Assembly: GCA_020696385.1 (NCBI GenBank)
Contig: JAEHCQ010000002.1
Location: 256,001 to 320,000 of the forward strand
DNA length: 64,000 nucleotides
Direction: 5' to 3'
From: Methanobacteriota archaeon
GTDB lineage: Archaea; Thermoplasmatota; Thermoplasmata; SG8-5; JAGLSY01
Of this stretch, positions 59,881-64,000 are shown in pieces. Numbering within the stretch: the first letter of the stretch is position 1; each line of letters starts with the position of its first letter. The notes under the pieces were generated by a model that saw only the letters and a program-made list of their open reading frames with translations, had not been told where the DNA came from and did no database searches. The translations under genes were made by a program, and so were the position numbers.

Positions 59881-60987
59881 TTAGAAGCATTTCCAATGCT
59901 TTTTCAAATGTCCTTTTAGATCGGCCAGCATCTTTTCAGTAATTCTATCCAGCTTGTCCGCTGTATATCCGCCAGGCCGCTTGTATTCAGTTGGTGCCAG
60001 TGCTCGATAGTCCACATCCAGTCCCTGGGTGCCTGCGAACATCGCCAGCCAGCCATAGGTTACGAAATCTCCGTATCCACTGACCATCATGTCTATCAAT
60101 TTACCGCATGCTCCATTTCCTTCGAAAACAGCTTTCCTCACCTTGCTGGTCATCATGTTCAGCCCATCATAATCCAGACCCAATAATGTCAATTCATCTC
60201 CATGATAGGGATCCGATCCCCCATTTCTGATGATCACATCTGGCTTGAATTCATTAACTAATGGTTGAAAGATATCATCGATAGCCCACTCGTATTGGAA
60301 ATATGACGAATAAGGCGGCATGGGGATGTTCACGGTGTAGCCCTCCCCAGCTCCTTCCCCGATCTCATTGACAAATCCCCTTCCAGGATACAGAGTTCTT
60401 GGATCCTGGTGTATGGATATGAAGAGCACGCGCGGATCATCATAGAATATGTCCATCGTGCCATTGCCTTGATGAGCATCTGTATCGAAGATCAATATCC
60501 TCTTCCGCTCATGCCTTTCCAGAAGAGCTTTCGCGGTTATGGCCACATCATTGTAGAGGCAGAACCCCTCGCCATAATCATTGCCAGCATGATGCAATCC
60601 TCCAAATGTATGGACGATCCCGCCTTCTTCGAGCACCAGGTCAGCCGCTTGTAGGCCAGATCCGACGATCAATGATTGCACCCCAGTGACATCGGAATTC
60701 ACCGGAGTGTCCATGGTGATCCTGCCATTGATCTTTTCCAGGTGTTTGATATGAGCCAGGTAGCTATCGGCGTGCACCATCCTCAGGTCATCATCAGTGG
60801 CGGGCTCCAGTTCCATCTTACGAATACTGTCCATTAAGTCAGCTTTTTTCAAAAGTCTCACAAAGCTGGCAAATCTCTCCGGATGGAAAGGATGTCCTTG
60901 TCCAAAGTTGAACTTCGCTAATCGCTCACTGAAAAATATAGGAATCTTATTGCTATCTGTGCTCGAGCCAGTGCTATCGTGTGGCAA
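59881..60987 (-). CDS. Histone deacetylase / AcuC family Zn hydrolase
   Basis: HPFHPER, GGLHHA, GFC.YND, DAHQGNGT, SIHQ, YPG.G, G.D...GD; TTG start after GGAG inferred. Confidence 0.92.
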   Translation of the reverse strand: MPHDSTGSSTDSNKIPIFFSERLAKFNFGQGHPFHPERFASFVRLLKKADLMDSIRKMELEPATDDDLRMVHADSYLAHIKHLEKINGRITMDTPVNSDVTGVQSLIVGSGLQAADLVLEEGGIVHTFGGLHHAGNDYGEGFCLYNDVAITAKALLERHERKRILIFDTDAHQGNGTMDIFYDDPRVLFISIHQDPRTLYPGRGFVNEIGEGAGEGYTVNIPMPPYSSYFQYEWAIDDIFQPLVNEFKPDVIIRNGGSDPYHGDELTLLGLDYDGLNMMTSKVRKAVFEGNGACGKLIDMMVSGYGDFVTYGWLAMFAGTQGLDVDYRALAPTEYKRPGGYTADKLDRITEKMLADLKGHLKKHWKCF

Positions 60988-61024
60988 ATTCTCCAGTCCT
61001 TTGTAAATATATGTTATTGATTTA

Positions 61025-61279
61025 CTAGTTCTGGCGACCGTCGTATCGTGATGCTTTCTCACGGTATTGACGGATCTGGGCTCTTATCTTGTTCATCTTA
61101 ATTTCCAATTTCTGAGCCTTTGCCTCGAGCTTGGCTGCCTTCGCTCTGTATTTGGCAGCTTTAGCCTGGTTCTTTGCATCCTTCTGCATCTGCTTGGCTT
61201 CTCTGGTCATCTGCTTGGCATCTTTCTTCATTGCTTTCGCATCGCCAGCCATTGACCTGGAATCATCATAGCTACTCAT
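61025..61279 (-). CDS. Small Lys/Ala-rich coiled-coil protein
   Basis: MSSYDDSRSMAGDAKAMKKDAKQMTREAKQMQKDAKNQAKAAKYRAKAAKLEAKAQK...; heptad AK repeats. Confidence 0.7.
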   Translation of the reverse strand: MSSYDDSRSMAGDAKAMKKDAKQMTREAKQMQKDAKNQAKAAKYRAKAAKLEAKAQKLEIKMNKIRAQIRQYREKASRYDGRQN

Positions 61280-61380
61280 AATATCAACCGTAAATAGTCC
61301 TGGGATGATATAAGGTTTTACATTTGAAAGATAAGTTACCTGTGATAATAAATTTATAGCTAATCGCGATTGGAGTTTCA

Positions 61381-62691
61381 ATGAGGATACTTCTTGAATC
61401 TTATGGCTGTACCCTGAATAAGGGAGAGGCTGAGGAGCTGGCCACCATGCTTACAAAAGGTGGCCATGAGATCACACACCTCGCTGATGCCCTATCACCA
61501 GGGATTGCGGATATGTCCATTATTTTCACCTGTGGTGTCATCAACACCACAGAATTACGAATGTTGAGAAGGATAGGCCAGTTGAAAGAAATCTCAAGAG
61601 GCATCGCGGTCTGCGGATGCCTCGGAGCCATATGTGAGAGCGAGATCCTGAATATAGCCCCGGATGCCATGATATTTCCAGCAGCCTCGAATGATGATAT
61701 TGTAAAGGCGGTCATTGCCATTGCCAATGACGGCACTGGCAATGTGGAACAGATCAGCAAAGCAGATCAGGTCAGCAATGCGAATGATATCAGCATCGAG
61801 CCCATGGATAACAGGATCGGCATCCTGCCCATAGCTACTGGATGCCTGGGCGAGTGCACTTACTGCATCACCAGATTCGCCAGAGGCCAGTTGAAGAGCC
61901 GCGGTCTGGAAGAATTAAAGACCAGGGCATTGGATCTTATTTCCACAGATATTCGCGAGCTCCAGATAACTTCTCAGGATACGGCAGTTTACGGCATGGA
62001 CATGGGTTTGCAAGGCCCACGACTGCCAGATGTCATGAACATGGTATCATCGATAGATGGTGATTTCATGGCCAGGGTGGGCATGATGAACCCCGCTGCT
62101 GTTCTGAAAATTCTTCAGCCCCTTGTGAAAGCATATGGTGAGGACAAGATATTCAAATTCATCCATCTGCCTCTGCAATCGGGCAATGATGAGGTACTGG
62201 AACATATGAACCGTCATTATTCCACATCTGATTATATCGAAATTACCAATGCCTTGAGGGTCGCACATCCGGACATTTTCATATCCACAGATATCATCAC
62301 CGGATTCCCTGGTGAGAAGGAGGATCAATTCCAGGACAGTATGGATATCATATCCAGTCTGGCACCCGATATTGTTAATGTCACCCGTTTTTCCGCACGT
62401 TCTGGGACAAAGGCAGCCATGATGCCTGATCAGGTTCCTGGATGGATATCCAAGGAGCGTTCAAGTATTATGATGGAATTGAGGTTTAATATATCGAAGG
62501 CTAAAATGGCATCCAGAATAGGGGAAAAGATCGATGTACTGGCAACAGAATATAAAAAACCAGGCACCACCTTCCTAAGGTCTAGGAATTATCGGCCAGT
62601 TATTGTCGAGAAACATCTACCTCTTGGCATATGGTACGAAGTGGAGATCGTGGAAAATACCGATATTCACATGATCGGTAAGCCACTATGA
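61381..62691 (+). CDS. tRNA t6A37 methylthiotransferase (archaeal MtaB/CDKAL1-like)
   Basis: ESYGCTLN, TC.V...TE, GC, CLGECTYC.TRFARG, QDT..YG, RVGMMNP, TDIITGFPGE, TRAM domain. Confidence 0.88.
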   Translation: MRILLESYGCTLNKGEAEELATMLTKGGHEITHLADALSPGIADMSIIFTCGVINTTELRMLRRIGQLKEISRGIAVCGCLGAICESEILNIAPDAMIFPAASNDDIVKAVIAIANDGTGNVEQISKADQVSNANDISIEPMDNRIGILPIATGCLGECTYCITRFARGQLKSRGLEELKTRALDLISTDIRELQITSQDTAVYGMDMGLQGPRLPDVMNMVSSIDGDFMARVGMMNPAAVLKILQPLVKAYGEDKIFKFIHLPLQSGNDEVLEHMNRHYSTSDYIEITNALRVAHPDIFISTDIITGFPGEKEDQFQDSMDIISSLAPDIVNVTRFSARSGTKAAMMPDQVPGWISKERSSIMMELRFNISKAKMASRIGEKIDVLATEYKKPGTTFLRSRNYRPVIVEKHLPLGIWYEVEIVENTDIHMIGKPL

Positions 62692-62808
62692 TGGGGTCTT
62701 CATTCGTTTTACTTCATAATTGCAGATTGCCAGGTCCAATTTCACCCATTTCTAATCTTTCCCACCCATACACTAAATATTAAATAAAATCCTTCCATTA
62801 CACGTTGT

Positions 62809-63138
62809 GTGAGCGAAACAAAGGCCTTTTTGATGACAGAGATCGAGCTACTGCTCTCTGAAAAACAAACATCATTAGCCACACTGCGTACTGGCATAGC
62901 TGTCTTCACGCTCCCTTTTTCTGTTCTGACGATCCTCATAGCCACATCCAGTTATTACGATGTGACCTCTGGAAAAGTGATATGGATGTTCATCACACTC
63001 ATAGGTCTGTGCGCTTGCCTTAGCTTATTTGGAGGATATCTGGTATTTCACGGAATGTCCATGCTGAGAGCCTGTGATCGAAAGATAAGTGCGATCAAGA
63101 AACAAAGTAAGTTCATCAATAATCTAATGGTGGATTAA
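62809..63138 (+). CDS. DUF202/YidH-like small membrane protein
   Basis: LLSEKQTSLATLRTGIA followed by two TM helices. Confidence 0.7.
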   Translation: MSETKAFLMTEIELLLSEKQTSLATLRTGIAVFTLPFSVLTILIATSSYYDVTSGKVIWMFITLIGLCACLSLFGGYLVFHGMSMLRACDRKISAIKKQSKFINNLMVD

Positions 63139-63164
63139 TTGTATTCGTGAAGTCACGGATATCA

Positions 63165-63473
63165 TTAATGTAGTGGCCTTCTGCATTTGGAACATATTAT
63201 CTTACAATCTTTCTTGCATTTCGTGCATTTGCCAGCCATGAATTTTTCCTCGACCGGGGCAGAGCAACAATCCGACACAGTATCCACGATGTGTCCACAG
63301 TATTTACAAGGGTGCTGTTTCGGCTTCTTAGGTATAAGGACTTTGGTGAAAAGATAATAGCCAATATACAGTCCGACAATTACCAGACCCAGCAGTATGA
63401 GATAGGTGAAAAGGAACCCGCCTCCGTCATCTTCCCCCGGAGTGGTCTGCAGATAATACAGCAGATTGTACAC
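63165..63473 (-). CDS. Single-TM protein with Cys-rich (Zn-finger-like) domain
   Basis: TM helix then CKYC, CC, CTKC, CSKC. Confidence 0.6.
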   Translation of the reverse strand: MYNLLYYLQTTPGEDDGGGFLFTYLILLGLVIVGLYIGYYLFTKVLIPKKPKQHPCKYCGHIVDTVSDCCSAPVEEKFMAGKCTKCKKDCKIICSKCRRPLH

Positions 63474-63595
63474 GAAATACGGTAATCGTAATTCTCATAA
63501 AAGACTTTGGTAAGGTATAATATGATTAATCTTGACCAATTCAATAAGAAAACTTTAAGATGGAAAACATATTTCCACGGCACACGAGACAATAT

Positions 63596-63668
63596 ACGGG
63601 TGTGGTGTAGCCTGGTATCACTTTAGCTTGCCAAGCTAAGAACTCGGGTTCAAATCCCGGCACCCGTA
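63596..63668 (+). tRNA. tRNA-Gly(GCC)
   Basis: Acceptor ACGGGTG/CACCCGT, TTAGC-TTGCCAA-GCTAA, T loop TTCAAAT. Confidence 0.92.
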
Positions 63669-63711
63669 CTTTATTTTATCAGATAGGGCTATGGATTTCA
63701 GCATCCGTACT

Positions 63712-64000
63712 TCATTTTTCACTTACATCTGAATGGCTTAATCCAGCATGTTCTTTCAGAATGCACCTGTCCATGATGACCTTCAATCCAGCTTCCCTGG
63801 CCTTGTCAGCAGCACGATTATTCACAATCCCCTCCTGCATCCAAATGATCTTGGCTCCTTTCTCTATTGCCTGATCAACTATCTCAGGCACAGCGGCGGA
63901 TTTTCTAAATATGTCCACCACCTCGATATCATCCGGAATATCGAGCAAGGTCTGATAGGATACCTCGCCCAGGATATTATCATGCATTGGGTTGACTGGG
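63712..64000 (-). CDS. CoA-binding protein (YccU-like), 5' end off the window
   Basis: PVNP...Y.TL.DIP..IEVVDIFR, IWMQEG, V.MDRC. Confidence 0.88.
   Translation of the reverse strand, partial: PVNPMHDNILGEVSYQTLLDIPDDIEVVDIFRKSAAVPEIVDQAIEKGAKIIWMQEGIVNNRAADKAREAGLKVIMDRCILKEHAGLSHSDVSEK

Overview
Chromosomal segment of an archaeon, most likely Thermoplasmatota (aIF-1A/Rio1/KH cluster, GPN GTPase, orc1/cdc6 with an ORB box, PGF-CTERM protein, pantoate kinase, BHB-type tRNA introns). The taxonomy is inferred, not searched. Most of the window is housekeeping genes around a probable replication origin (about 33.8-34.2 kb), plus amino-acid catabolism: a HypD-like glycyl radical enzyme with its activase, GcvT and an M42 peptidase. 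A 12-kb glutamate/redox locus contains a Lrp-like regulator, NuoE-like, NuoF-GltD fusion and NuoG-N-like subunits, a stand-alone FMN glutamate-synthase-like protein, a receiver-domain dikinase of unknown substrate and gdhA, with the relic of a second GDH beside it. There are five tRNAs: Thr-CGT (unusual D-loop 20/21 intron), Lys-CTT, Ala-TGC (canonical intron), Arg-CCT and Gly-GCC. The most striking non-genic signal is that four of the five tRNAs carry short duplicated and inverted copies of their own ends. Two of them (Lys, Arg) share a conserved element of about 75 bp with two hairpins and compensatory changes. A pseudoknot-shaped 92-bp element similarly duplicates the 3' end of a protein gene. 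No transposase, integrase, reverse transcriptase or CRISPR array was seen. All family calls come from reading motifs by eye.
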